From Salpingoeca rosetta (taxonomy: Eukaryota > Protista > Choanoflagellata), in the NCBI GenBank assembly GCA_033442325.1, contig JAWQFM010000006.1, forward strand, positions 1,081,200-1,145,199: a stretch of 64,000 nucleotides of DNA, given 5' to 3'. Made by a program: the position numbers and the translations under genes. Of this stretch, positions 52,901 through 64,000 are shown piece by piece (within the stretch, counting starts at the first letter, position 1; every line of letters starts with the position of its first letter). The notes under the pieces are model-generated. The model worked only from the letters and a program-made list of their open reading frames with translations, was not told the origin of the DNA and made no database searches.

Positions 52901-54499
52901 GGTCCACAGCATGACAATGCCATCTTCGCTGCCGGATGCGAGCAGGTGTGAGCCGCCCTCCTGCTGCGTGTGCGCCACCGCGTACACGCCGCTGGTGTGG
53001 CCGCTGAGCGTGGCCACGCACTTGTGCGCCGCTACGTCCCACACGCGCAGCGTCGTGTCGACGCTGCCAGAGATGAGGTGGCGCGCGCTGCTTGAAGAAG
53101 GTGTCGCCGTGCTGGTGGTGGCGGTGGCACTTGTGGTGCTGGTGGCGGTGGCGGTGGCAAATGCGAGGCAGGTGACCGTGGCGGTGTGCCCCTGCAGCAC
53201 AGCAGCCACGTCGCGGCTGCTGGCGTCCCACACGCGCACGGTGGTGTCGTCGCTGCCTGACGCAAGGTACTTGCCCTCGCTGTCGACAGCGACGGCAAAC
53301 ACGCCGTCCGAGTGGCCGGCGAGCGTGTCTGTGCACATGAGCCGCGGGATGGTGCTGATGCGCAGGGTCTCGTCCGTGCTGCACGACACCACCGACTGCC
53401 CATCGGGCATGATGGCCACGCCCTCGATGCTGCGCGCGTGTGTGCCGGCGCTGGTCACCTCTGGCGCGGGCTGCAGGCCCCAGATGCGGATGGTGGCGTC
53501 TGTGCCGCCGGAGACGAGGTGGCGGCCCGTTGGGGTGAAGGTGGCGCTGGCCACGACGCCCTTGTGGCCGTAGAAGGTGGCGATGCACGCGCTGGACTCT
53601 GCGCTCCACAGGCGCACGGTGCCGTCTGCACCGCAGGAGACGATGGCGTCGTTGCGCGGGGAGAGGGCGGCGCAGTACACGTGCCCGTGGTGTCCCCGGA
53701 GGACGCCGATGCAAGTCTGCAGGTCAACGCACCACAGCTTGATGGTGGCGTCCTCGGAGCAGGAGACCAGCAGCTTGCCGTCGCGGGACATGGCCACGCT
53801 CTCCACGCTTTTGGTGTGGGCGTGGATGACCGCGGTGCGCTGGCCCGTGTCTGCGCTCCACAGGTGAATGATGCCGTCCTTGTCGCCGGAGCAGATGACC
53901 TGGTCGTTGGGGCTGATGGTGAGGCACTCCACGCTCTCCGTGTGCCCGCGCAGGATTGCCGTGCACCTGCCCTTGCGCCAGTCCCAGATGCGCACGGTGA
54001 AGTCGAGGCTGCCGGAGACCAGCGCCTCGCCGGTGGACGAAAACATGACCGAGGACACCGGGTTGGCGTGTCCCTTGAGTGTTTGGATGCACTTGTGCGA
54101 GCCCAGGCTCCAGACCTTGACGGTGTTGTCACCGCTGCCGGAGGCAATGAAGTTGCCGTCCCGCGACGGCGCCACGCAGGCCACAAAGCTGCCGTGGCCC
54201 TCAAACGTGGATGTGCAGCGGTGCGTCTCCAGATTCCACAGCTTGAGTGTGTTGTCGGCGCTGCCCGAGATGACGCACTTGCCATCCGCAGACACCGCCA
54301 CGGCTCGCACGGGCTTCGTGTGTCCATCACCAACACCACTACGACCACCACCAGCACCACCAGCGTTGAGCGCGCTTCCAGTGGTGTTCGCGTTCGCTCC
54401 TCCGCCACCTGCAGCCGCAATCACGCCTGCTTTCACATAGTCTGATTGCAGCTCCTTCAACGTGAGCATCACGTTGCTCGCACTCCGCATCTCACGCAT
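49955..54499 (-). CDS. WD40-repeat TRP cation channel (14 WD40 repeats + ankyrin-like segment + 6TM ion-transport domain + coiled coil), single exon
   Basis: 1514-aa uninterrupted ORF. 14 GH...W(D/N/S) repeats (~54330-52300); pre-S1 AVVRFKWETYG; DFWNWLD; TGPLVRMILAICFDMRYFL; S6/TRP-box VVLLNLLIALMSDSYERIQDRADIEFQLLRA; C-terminal heptads. Confidence 0.9.
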   Translation of the reverse strand: MREMRSASNVMLTLKELQSDYVKAGVIAAAGGGGANANTTGSALNAGGAGGGRSGVGDGHTKPVRAVAVSADGKCVISGSADNTLKLWNLETHRCTSTFEGHGSFVACVAPSRDGNFIASGSGDNTVKVWSLGSHKCIQTLKGHANPVSSVMFSSTGEALVSGSLDFTVRIWDWRKGRCTAILRGHTESVECLTISPNDQVICSGDKDGIIHLWSADTGQRTAVIHAHTKSVESVAMSRDGKLLVSCSEDATIKLWCVDLQTCIGVLRGHHGHVYCAALSPRNDAIVSCGADGTVRLWSAESSACIATFYGHKGVVASATFTPTGRHLVSGGTDATIRIWGLQPAPEVTSAGTHARSIEGVAIMPDGQSVVSCSTDETLRISTIPRLMCTDTLAGHSDGVFAVAVDSEGKYLASGSDDTTVRVWDASSRDVAAVLQGHTATVTCLAFATATATSTTSATATTSTATPSSSSARHLISGSVDTTLRVWDVAAHKCVATLSGHTSGVYAVAHTQQEGGSHLLASGSEDGIVMLWTGLSKPSVLLTLNAHTYGSFDADEAGVSDLAFTPDARTLVSAGDDGTIRLWDIPPEAVVVPERVVCRAVLTGHEGCVTCVTVASDNRHIISAGEDATVKVWQLESTATAATAAATTTAAGHSSSSSSSSHASSPLSPNFPSSSTSHAHGSNGLISSGGGAVCICSLEGHTDKVNAVAVSPDMQFIVSAGGTHDKTLRVWPMGSMLAPERCTDLPHMPTFALTGTIAHDRFNENPARRLNALQRCLTAFPSTLECTMPDGSDPHAQGAVHTRNGGGAVVTADDAPRSSQQLHAQQLQRHRTRKGQQQQQLSTLHESASSTGDGDGGDEDGDGADDFGGFGESESGESVDRTTSKSALVHPHQQHHQHHQQHQHQHQLQKRRHRRGGRRGMKTGLSPLAWAASDSRRLDVLACMLSIPTVPVLSLERQPSMLHAAITHAKDVEVLSMVTAKIADAARAQDRGKANPADHYPWELSLLSLHHGFTQDLMLLIREFPQVAAAFLRNLGLVLSGADVGYDHRATRLPTSRMIVVGDECPVENAGLWQSLRASGELEALETQSNHTVLTEARVVPVPYAASTLPDGTCLLDTLVEAGRAELFGNYIARAVVRFKWETYGRRKFRNEANWYLLSVVFITVLTFVVDLQGNDVSQLLSSKASATDVVSVIMVLVLGLYAASEAKHEMLEWRYLRGHWRDFWNWLDSLNIVLAFVVLATYLGGWQHARAVLAIASYLRWFGILYHLQAFKTTGPLVRMILAICFDMRYFLVVLGISIVAAWTSFRLLLLDDKTVPLDGLGDPANGLLIMFNMLLLAEFELDTFGGTYAVLLRILFVISMVLVPVVLLNLLIALMSDSYERIQDRADIEFQLLRARYLRERELFLSPAEKSDPKLFPKWLHVLVPKSTGVGESTPGQQWQGMLTMLKMEMKTQSRASAADVKARVDELAVRLAAMEAQVHGVQESLAEKVGALQRDSARIIALLQQQRQNNT

Positions 54500-54644
54500 G
54501 ATGATGGGGTGGTGCGCAGTGGCTCAAAGTGGGTGTGGTCTGGACAACAACACCATGAAATGCGGTGTGGAAGGACTTATGATGACTCATCAATCAGCCC
54601 TGGCGCGTCTGGCTGCAAGAGACGAGCAAGAGTGTGACGCGACG

Positions 54645-57600
54645 ATGACGAGGGGTTCTGACAACCGCGGTGATGGCGGTGATGGCCATGCTTCAGCTGC
54701 CCCTGCTGCCCCTGCTACCACTGCTGCTGCCGCTGCGAGAGAAGGGAAGGAATGGGCGACGAGGAAGGAGTTGCCGGCGCCTTCTGTGTGGCTGCAGCTG
54801 CGCACTGTCTTGTGGAAGAATTGGACCCTGAAGAAGCGCAAACCCATGTCCTTGGCAGCGGAGCTGGTGCTCCCTCTCTTCCTGTTTATCTTGCTCGCCC
54901 TTGTGCGCACCCGTCGCCCCGCCGAGCTTGTGCCGACTGGTGAGGGACAAACCCAATGCCAAACAGCTTCACACCCTACTGACACCTCTGCGCGCTCAAA
55001 CAGACATTCACCCCCCCCCCCTCTCTCTGTGTGTCTCTCTATGGCCACTGCATTGGCACACGGGCTCACCCTTGCATTCACACACACTTGCACACACACT
55101 TGCACACACACTTGCACACACACACACACATGCTCACTGAATTACACGCTCACTCGTTACACTCACACTCGCACGCACTGCACCCACGCATTCACAAATC
55201 CCCCCAACACACACACACACGTACGCATGCACAGCAACGTACAATGCGGCTGCCCTGCCGTCATCGGGCGTGATTGCGCTGACTCAAAGCCTCGTGTGCA
55301 ATGGCATCGCCAACTTCGACATGGCTTCGTCCGGGCAGGACAAAACAACCCTGGAGCGCGTCGTCGATATCCTCGACAAGCACGACCTGACGCCAGCCAC
55401 CTTCCAGCGCGCAGTGACCCGCACCACGCTTGACATCCAGCAGCTGCAGGACCTTGCAGCGTCGCAGAACTCAACGGCCGCCCTGTTTGTGGAAGAGCTC
55501 GCGCGGCAGCTCCAACTCGACACCATCAACCTCGACTTGGACAGCGCAGCCGCCACGAGAGCAGACGCGCAGCCCATCACGCAGGCCACGGTGGACGCCA
55601 TCTGCACCGCAGCACACAGCCTCGTGCCGCTGTGGGTGGAGGGCGACACGAATCTCGACCTTGAGGCGCTCGCCGCCATCCTGGGCCTCAACACCACCAC
55701 CGCCGCCGCCGCCGCCATACAAGACGGGTCCCTGTCCGCCCTTACCGCTGCAGCGCTGGCCAGTGATGCCTTCATCAACACCACGTTACCCGCTGTGCTG
55801 CTTACCCTGAACGAGGTGTACCCGGACTTGTTCCAGTTCACGCCCGCGCAGGTGGCCGATGTGCAAGCGGCACTGTGGCAGGCGGAGGTGGAGGGCGACA
55901 CACCCCTGCAGATCGCAAGTGAGCTCCAGTCGCTCGTGGGGGAATACACGTCCTTGCCAGAGCCCGTCGTTGCCGCTCTCTTCCTTGTGGACACCTACGA
56001 TGAGCCCGCACGCGTGGCAGAGGTGGCCGTTGGCGTCGCAAACCGCACAGGGGCCATCACCCCCGCCCTGGCCGCCAACCTGACACGCGAGGTGCACCGG
56101 CTCGAACGCGATCTGCAGGCACTCAACAGCGCCGGGCGCGCATTGCAGGAGATCAACAATCTGCCCGGCATTCAGGACCTGCGACAACGGCTGGAGGAGG
56201 AGGGCACGGAGATTGACGTGCTGAGCGCATGGCGGGACGTGGCCTGCGCGAGCGGCGCTGAAGGCGCTGTTGGCGGGCGATTCAGGTTCCGACGCGACGC
56301 GGACCGTGATGAGGGTGACGGTGATAGCAGTGGTGGCAGTGGTGGTGGCAATAGCGGTGGTGCAAGTGGTGGTATTGCAAGCAATCATGACAGTGGTGGC
56401 CGTGTGATGGCGGAGGAGGACCACGAGGCTTGGGCGACACAGAACCTTCATGCTCAACCTCGACACCACACACACCACACTGCGTCACCCTCATCCCCTC
56501 CGCCATCGCCCGCCCTGTTCCCTGCTCGCCCATCATCTGGGCTGCTGGGTGCCGTGCGCGACATGGTTGTGAAGCCTTGGTCATCTCTCCTCCCATCAGC
56601 CACAGGGGGTGGTGGTGGTGGTGGTGGTGGTGGTGGTGGTGGTGGTGGTGGTGGTGGACCGAGTGAGCGACACCGCCGCAATGAGCAGCCGCTGGATCTC
56701 TCGTTTGATGTCAACTCCAACGTGGTCAAGTTGCTTGACCTCGTGCGCCAGGGAACCATCTACTACGCGCCAGATGTGCCCGACGTCCGCGCCGTCATCA
56801 GGTGAGCTGTGGGCATCCGCGGTGTTTGCGTGGATAAGCAGGGTGGGGCTTACGTGGGTGGGGGAGGGGGGTAAGGGAGTGCTTGTGTATTCTGCACTTG
56901 GTACACGCCGTGCTGCGAACCCACACTTGCCACACACACACACACACACACACACTTGCCACACAAACAAACACACACACACACATTCACACACACATTC
57001 ACACATGCACACACACACACGCTGCAGTGAGGCGAATGTAACGCTGCAGCAGATTGAGCTGCTTGGATCTGCCCTCGACTGCGCGCTCAACATCACCCGC
57101 CCGTACGCAAACAACATCACGCAAACGCTCACAGACATCAACAACAGCACACAGACGAGCGTGAGCGATGACACACTGCGCAACATCACCCGCACCGTAC
57201 TGGACCCACAACAGCGGCAACAACAGCAACAGCAACAGCAAGGCAACTTTTCCTTCACCCGTCTCATCAACCCAAACCTCTGGCGCGGATTCCCCGATGA
57301 GGAGGCGCTTGTGGCTGCCGCCCAGGGCACTGAAAACGTGTACAACGTGTTTGGTGGTGTTGTGTTTCGCGGCGTTGGCGCAGACGGCGCCCTCCCACAC
57401 AACCTGACCCTCTCCCTGCGCTTCCACGCGCTCAAGGTGCCGCGCACAGACTCGTTGCAACCGGAGTACACATGGGACAACGACGGAGACGTCAGCAACC
57501 AGCTGTACTACTACTTTGGCTTTGTGTTCCTGCAGGACCTGATGGAGCGCGCGTATGTGCAGTACCGCAGCAACCACACCGTGCCCCTGCCCGCCGTGTA

Positions 57601-60600
57601 TGCGCAGAACTTTCCCGTGCCGGCGTTTCGCGACGACCTGTTTGCGTGGGGCACCGGGCGTACGCTGCCGCTGTTCATGGTGCTCTCGCGCATCTACTCC
57701 GTGTCGCGCCTCACCAAGAACATCGTGTACGAGAAGGAGAAGCGCCTCAAGGAGTACATGAAGATCATGGGCATGAACGACCGCGTGCACTGGCTCGGGT
57801 GGTTCCTGACGTACCTCGCCATCATGACTGTCAACGTCATCATGAAGACAGCGGTGCTCAGCCTGGGCGATGTGCTTGCCTTCAGCAACCCGTTGCTCAT
57901 CTTCATTTATCTTGAGCTCAGCGGCATTGCTGGCATCCTCCTCTCCTTTGTGTTTTCCACCTTCTTTTCGCGCGCGCGCATTGCTGCAGCCGTGTCGGGC
58001 ATGCTGTACTTTGGCACGTACATGCCGTACGTGTTTCTCGCCATTCGCGAGGAGACGCTCGGCGCTGCTCCCAAGTGGGCCGGCAGCCTCCTCTCCACCA
58101 CCGCTTTTGGCATTGGCGCCAGCTACATTGCCCAATTCGAGGAGGTAATGCACATCGTACATGAGTGCGGGTGTGTATTGTGTGTGTGCGTGTGTATGTG
58201 TGTCTTTTGTGTCCGTGTGTTGTATGTGTGTGTGTGTGTGTGTGTTTGTGTGTGCCTTTGTGTTTCGTGTGTGTGTGTGTGCATGTTCGTCGTGTGCATT
58301 TCGGTACGAACACTTCCCGTCATTGCCGGTTTTGTGGCACCAGCGATCTGCTGCACAATGATTTCGCCACCAACAACTTCAGCCCCCCTGCACGCGCCCT
58401 CCCTGTGTCTCACCCATGCTTTCACGTCATTTGACGTGCACACTGCGGTGCCGTAGGTTGGTGTTGGGCTCCAGTGGTCCAACGCGGACTCTGGCGTCGG
58501 CCCCTGCGACCAGTTCAGCTTTGCCAAAGCCATGTTCATGCTCATCCTCGACTGCTTCCTCTACGCGGGCCTCGTCTGGTACATTGCCTCCATCGCTCCA
58601 AGGTGCGACGCACACGCCTGCGGCAGCGCCACAGTAGTCGTGTGCGTACGTGTGCACATCATGTGTTGTGTATCGCTCTGGGCTGCACTTCCTCCTGCAT
58701 GTCTTGTAGCCTGCGATATGATGAGCGTTTAGCATCAAGTGGATCCCTCTGAATCGGCTGTACTCACATGACCGCCGTTGTCTTCGCCCTCTTCATTTGT
58801 CCTTGTTGATCCTCTTCCTCCCACTGTCTCCCCCACTCTCCCTCCCACTCTCCCTGGCACTCTCCCTGGCACTCTCCCTGGCACTCGATCCCACTGTCAC
58901 CCCTCCCCCGCTTTGAGCAGCTTCGGCATTCCAAAGCCGTGGCACTTCCCCTTCCACCTCAGCTACTGGTTCCCGAATCGCGCCATTGGCAACGGCCGCA
59001 AGAGCGCGTGGGGCCGCTCCCGTGCACACGAGTACAACATCTCTGCTCTCCACACCCGAGAGGAAGACGAACACCGCCAGCACATGCACGGGGGCGCGCT
59101 GCCTGTTCCCGCTGGGATGGATGCCGCGAAGTTTGAATCGCTGTCACAGACGACGCAAGTTGGCATTTGCGTCGACCACTTGACCAAGGTGTACGCCAGC
59201 GAAAGCGGGTCCTGCTTTGGACAGCAGTCGCACCTCGCCGTTGACGACCTCAGCTTTGATGTTCACAGCAACGGCATCACTGCACTGCTGGGCCACAACG
59301 GTGAGTGCTCGCGCGCGCGTGTGTGTCTGGAAGTGTGTGTGTGTGTGTGCATGTGTGTGTCTGGATATGTGTGTCTGTGTGTGTGCATGTGTGTGTGTGT
59401 CGGTCTGTGTGTGTGTGTGTGTCTCTCTCTCTCTCTGTCTGCCAGTGTATGTGTGTGTGTCTGTCTGTCTGTCTGTGTGTGTGTTCAGGCATCGACCATT
59501 TCATGCCTGTGACACCGAATTCACTCCAAACCCATCGCACGCCACACATCTTCACCTTGGCGCGCTCGCGTCGGCTGCAGGCGCTGGCAAGACGACCACC
59601 ATCAGCATCCTCACGGGCCTCTTCCCGCCCACCAGCGGCACTGCATACGTGCACGGGCGCGATGTGCGCACACACATGGATGTGATCCGACGCGGGCTTG
59701 GCATCTGTCCGCAGCACAACGTCCTGTTTGATGACCTCACGGTGCAGGAGCACCTGTTGTTCTGCGGCAGGCTGCGCTGTATTTCCCGTCACAAACTGCA
59801 GCAGAAAATCAGCCAGTACTTGAGGTATATATGCTGATGCCCATTGGTGATGATGATGACCATTGGCCGTTTATATGTGTCTGTGACGCCTCACACTCGC
59901 ACTCAGAGTTGGCTCATGCGTTCATACACACTTACGCACATGCACACGCACCCAATCTTCTCACACGCACACAATCATCACACACACACACACACACACG
60001 CGCGCACGCTAACGTGTGGATCACATTTCTTCATGACATTCACACCGTGCGCTGCACCTGCAGGGACGTTGGTTTGGAGAGCAAGCGCGACTTTCTTGCC
60101 TCGAAACTGAGCGGTGGACAGAAACGAAAGCTCTCTGTTGCAATGGCGTTCCTGTGCGGGAGCGAAGTTGTCATCCTCGACGAAGCCACGGCAGGCATGG
60201 TTAGACTCACTGATCACGGAGACAGCTTCCACTGATGACGATTGTACAATATTGTGCTCAGTTCACACGCATTTTCATACACATTCTCATTTTTGTACAC
60301 ACGCATCCAAGCACACACACACACACACACTCACTCACTCACTCACTCACTCACTCACTCACACACACACACACACACTCTCTCTCTCTCTCTCGCACAC
60401 ACACACACATACTCACACTCGTACTCACGCGCATGTACATGAACCCCACGTATGCCCTGTCAGGACCCTCGGGCACGCCGGTCAACGTGGGATTTGCTGC
60501 TGCGGTACAAGAAGACCCGTACCATTCTTCTATGCACCCACCACCTTGGTTCGTCACAAATGGCCTGCGCCATGGCCACAAGCGCCCTGTCAACCATGGC

Positions 60601-60734
60601 ACTTTCACTGACACTCGCTTATTTGTGAACCTCGCAACGTTCTCACGTGCACACGCTCATACCACACAGCTTCTGAGCTACAATTTGCACCCAACCACTC
60701 ACGTGCATATCCCCCACAACCCCCACGACCAACC

Positions 60735-60823
<89 letters not shown>

Positions 60824-61541
60824 ATGAGGCGGATCTGCTGAGCGACCGCATCTGCATGCTAGCCAACGGGCGGCTGCAGTGCACGGGCTCTCCACTCTTT
60901 CTCAAGCGCGCCTTCAACGCTTCCTATGTCCTCAGTACGTGAAAACCCCTCGATGCATCCATCAGCTGAATGTGATGGCACATACGCGCGCACACGCCTG
61001 CATACATGAGAGAGAGCCAGAGAAAGTGGGTTTTAACCACCACACCTGGCACTCTTCATGTCACTCTCCTTCATCTCGTGTTTTTCTAACGCGAGCCGCA
61101 TGCTGTGTGTGTGTGTGTGTGTGTGTGATTGGTACCTTTGCCACTGCCATCATCACGCCAGCGTTTGAAGTCGACCGTTCGCGCGTGAGCGTGGATTCGC
61201 TGCTGGAGTTTGTGACAGCGCATGTGTCTGGCGCCGAACTGGCCGACGACGTGGGGCAGGAGGTACAGCCACGCCACATTGAGGGCGCTTGAAGTTGACA
61301 TCGCATATGGTTGTCCTCACTCACACTCGTGTGTACGCTCAGTATCTGTCTCACTCACACACACACACTCTCTTTGTCTCTCTCACGCATACTCACACTG
61401 TCTGTCTCACTCTCCACTCACGCACACACACTGTCCATCTCTGTCTCTCTCCCGCACACTCACACACTCTCCCACACATTCTCTCTAACACACTCACACA
61501 CACACACTCTCTCTCTCTCTTTCTCTCTTTCTAACACCCTC

Positions 61542-61575
<34 letters not shown>

Positions 61576-63552
61576 TGCTGTCACTGCCTGCGTTGCCTGT
61601 TGAGCAGGTGTCTGTGCGGCTGTCGCGGGAATCAACATCGCAGTTTCCGTCACTTTTCAGCGCTCTCGAGGGCACGCGTGATGAGCTCGGCATTGTCACG
61701 TATGGTGTTGCTGCAACGACACTGGAGGACGTGTTTCTGCAGGTTGCATCTGCTGCCGACGACACGCACGTGCTCGCCAGGGACGCCCGTCTGCGCACAG
61801 CGACGCCAGCAAACGCGCCAGTGCCAGTGCGAGGTCGCGCGCCGGCGTGTGAGCGGGGAAATGGCACGTCATCATCACCGCCGTCAGCATTGATGGTGTC
61901 AACTTCTTCGGCGTCGGTCACCAGCGACGATGCGCAACAGCTGATCCGAGAGGACGAAACCAATGCGGCCGCAACTGCACAGAGGCACACTAGCAGCCAT
62001 GGCCACAACCGCAGTCTGTGGCAACGCCTGGTGTCGTCATCACCATCACCACCATCATTAACATCATCATCACCACCAGCGCGATGGCAGGACGCACCCG
62101 TCTCGGCCAACGGCGCTTACACAGGCAACCTTGGTCTGTATGTATGTGTGTATGTAACTGTGTGTGTATGTGTATGTGTATGTAAATGTGTATGTAACTG
62201 TGTATGTGTATGTAACTGTGTATGTGTATGTAAATGTGTATGTATGTAAATGTGTGTGTGTGTGTGTGGCTGTGGATGTTGGTACGTGGGCACTGTGTTC
62301 AGGGTACCAAGCTCCAACTGGCTACAGCCAGATATTCTTGGATGCTGCTCATGTCTTGTTGCTTGGTGATGTGTGGTGCAGTTACGGGCGTTGCGCTCGT
62401 GCAGCAGCGGTACAAAGCACTGTTTGCAAAGCGGTGGGCCATTGTCAAGCGGGATGGACGTGCCTTCCTCTCCCAAATCGTCCTCCCAGGTTTTAACACG
62501 GTGCATTGCTGGTTTAATTGACATGCGGTGCACACCACAAGTCCACTTTGTTCCTGTGCACGCACAGCACACGCCTGCACGCGCACATAATGTGATAGGT
62601 GACAACATTCACTTGTTCCCATCATTCGGTGCGCGTTCAATCTGACATGTGTGTGTTCGTGCAGCTCTGTTCGTGGTGCTCGGGATGCTGGTTGCCACTG
62701 CGTTTCCGCCCGTTGGAGAGCAGCCGCCGCTTCAGCTCAACCCAGACATCTTTCGTCAGCACTGCGCAGAGGACAGCACAGCCGCCACCACCCCATATGC
62801 ACGCGCCTCAAACACCTCTTACGCAGCCAACATCACTCGGGTAATGGATGGCGAGCTGTGGCGGTTGTGCGTTTGTTCCGTGTCACTGGAATGCTCGCTG
62901 TGGCACTACAGTTTTCTTTTCACGTCATCAACTGTTGAACACTGTGTTACCTGCCCAGTCCAGCGAGCAGTCGAGACACAGTTGTTCGTTTCAGACGTGC
63001 ATCGTCGTCCATGTGCTCATGACACCCAAATTCGTGTTGTCGTTTATCTCTTTTGCAGGCCATTCCACTTGGTGCTGAGGCCGCGTTTCAGTTCCTCAAT
63101 TTGGAAAGTGACCCGGACTTTCTGTCCAGTGCACGAAACATGACGGCGTATCTTCTCAACACTTACGATGAGCTGCAGTTCACCAGGTAAGTGACAAAGG
63201 CATACACGTGCAGCTACACGGACTGTGCATGTGTGTGCGTGTGTGTGTGATGACTCGTGGCTCACCGTCTGAGAGAGCCGCACTTCAAATGCCCTCATCC
63301 AAAACACGCATACAAACACACACGCATATAAACACACATACACACACGCACACACACGTACATACGCACACACATGTTGATTAGGCGTGCGGCGGTGACG
63401 GTTGAGAATGCAGTCAACCCTGTTGTTCGTCTTTCCGCTGCGTTCAATACGCCAGAGCTTGAAACAACGCTCGAAAATGTCACCTTTGAAACGATGCGTG
63501 GGTGGTTTGACAACAGGTGTGTATGTATGTGTGTGCGTGCGTGCGTGCGCGC

Positions 63553-63607
<55 letters not shown>

Positions 63608-64000
63608 CGTGCGTGCGTGTGTGTGTGTATGTATGTATTGTGTGTGCGTGCGTGCGAGGTTTACAGGGGTGCCTGTGCATGCGTCATCGTGTCTGACTTT
63701 GTGCTCTTGCTGAGTATGGGGCTGTTCTTGCCACTGAATTTCTTTCAATGTCTCCCTGGCGCTTGAAACTTATGCGTGTTCCATGTCCGAACTGCCACTT
63801 CCCGTCCCCTGCACGTGCAGGCACTACCATTCGCTGCCAACGGCTGTGCACCTGGCGCACGATGCGGTCCTGCGTGCCAACACCAACAACGAGTACAGCC
63901 TCGTCATCGAAAGCTACCCGCTCAACTCCACCGCAGACGAGATGACACAGGGTGAATGACGCTGCTGCGCTTTGTGCTGTTGTTTGTTTGTGCGTGTGTA
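54645..64000 (+). CDS. ABCA-family lipid transporter (ABCA1/2-like, large first ectodomain); runs off the window end
   Basis: [53 protein letters not shown], Walker A LLGHNG|[39 protein letters not shown]|DP, THH|[11 protein letters not shown] and [13 protein letters not shown]. Confidence 0.93.

Noticed and set aside
49391-53573. Long plus-strand ORFs (884 aa at 49391, 575 aa at 51846)
   Set aside because: Antisense shadows of the GC-rich WD40-TRP coding sequence, with no recognisable motifs.

Overview
Intron-rich eukaryotic DNA full of (GT)n/(CA)n microsatellites, with two assembly gaps. The gene content (TMEM167B, AASS, TTLL, chondroitin-synthase-like, WD40-TRP, ABCA) and intron style suggest a holozoan protist, probably a choanoflagellate such as Salpingoeca; this is inference. 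About 16 genes can be reconstructed by manual splicing: GH79 heparanase-like; a type II membrane protein with three hevein/CBM18-like repeats; a CFAP161-like fragment; alkaline ceramidase; Aec37-type GH31 glycosidase; NOL7-like protein; a multidomain Roco protein; kish-B; RRP46; a TTLL polyglutamylase; AASS; a chondroitin synthase-like glycosyltransferase; RMT2; a calmodulin-like protein; an intronless WD40x14-TRP channel; and an ABCA transporter that runs off the end. The standout is the gene at 19720-27412. It fuses a degenerate Rab GTPase, ankyrin repeats, a ROC-COR module, a SARM1-like TIR domain that keeps the putative catalytic Glu, and a possible SAM domain. It is a candidate Rab-decoy/Roco-switch/TIR-NADase immune or cell-death receptor. 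Fourteen of the 16 genes lie in tight head-to-head pairs. All domain calls come from motif recognition by eye; no searches were run, and exon boundaries are approximate.
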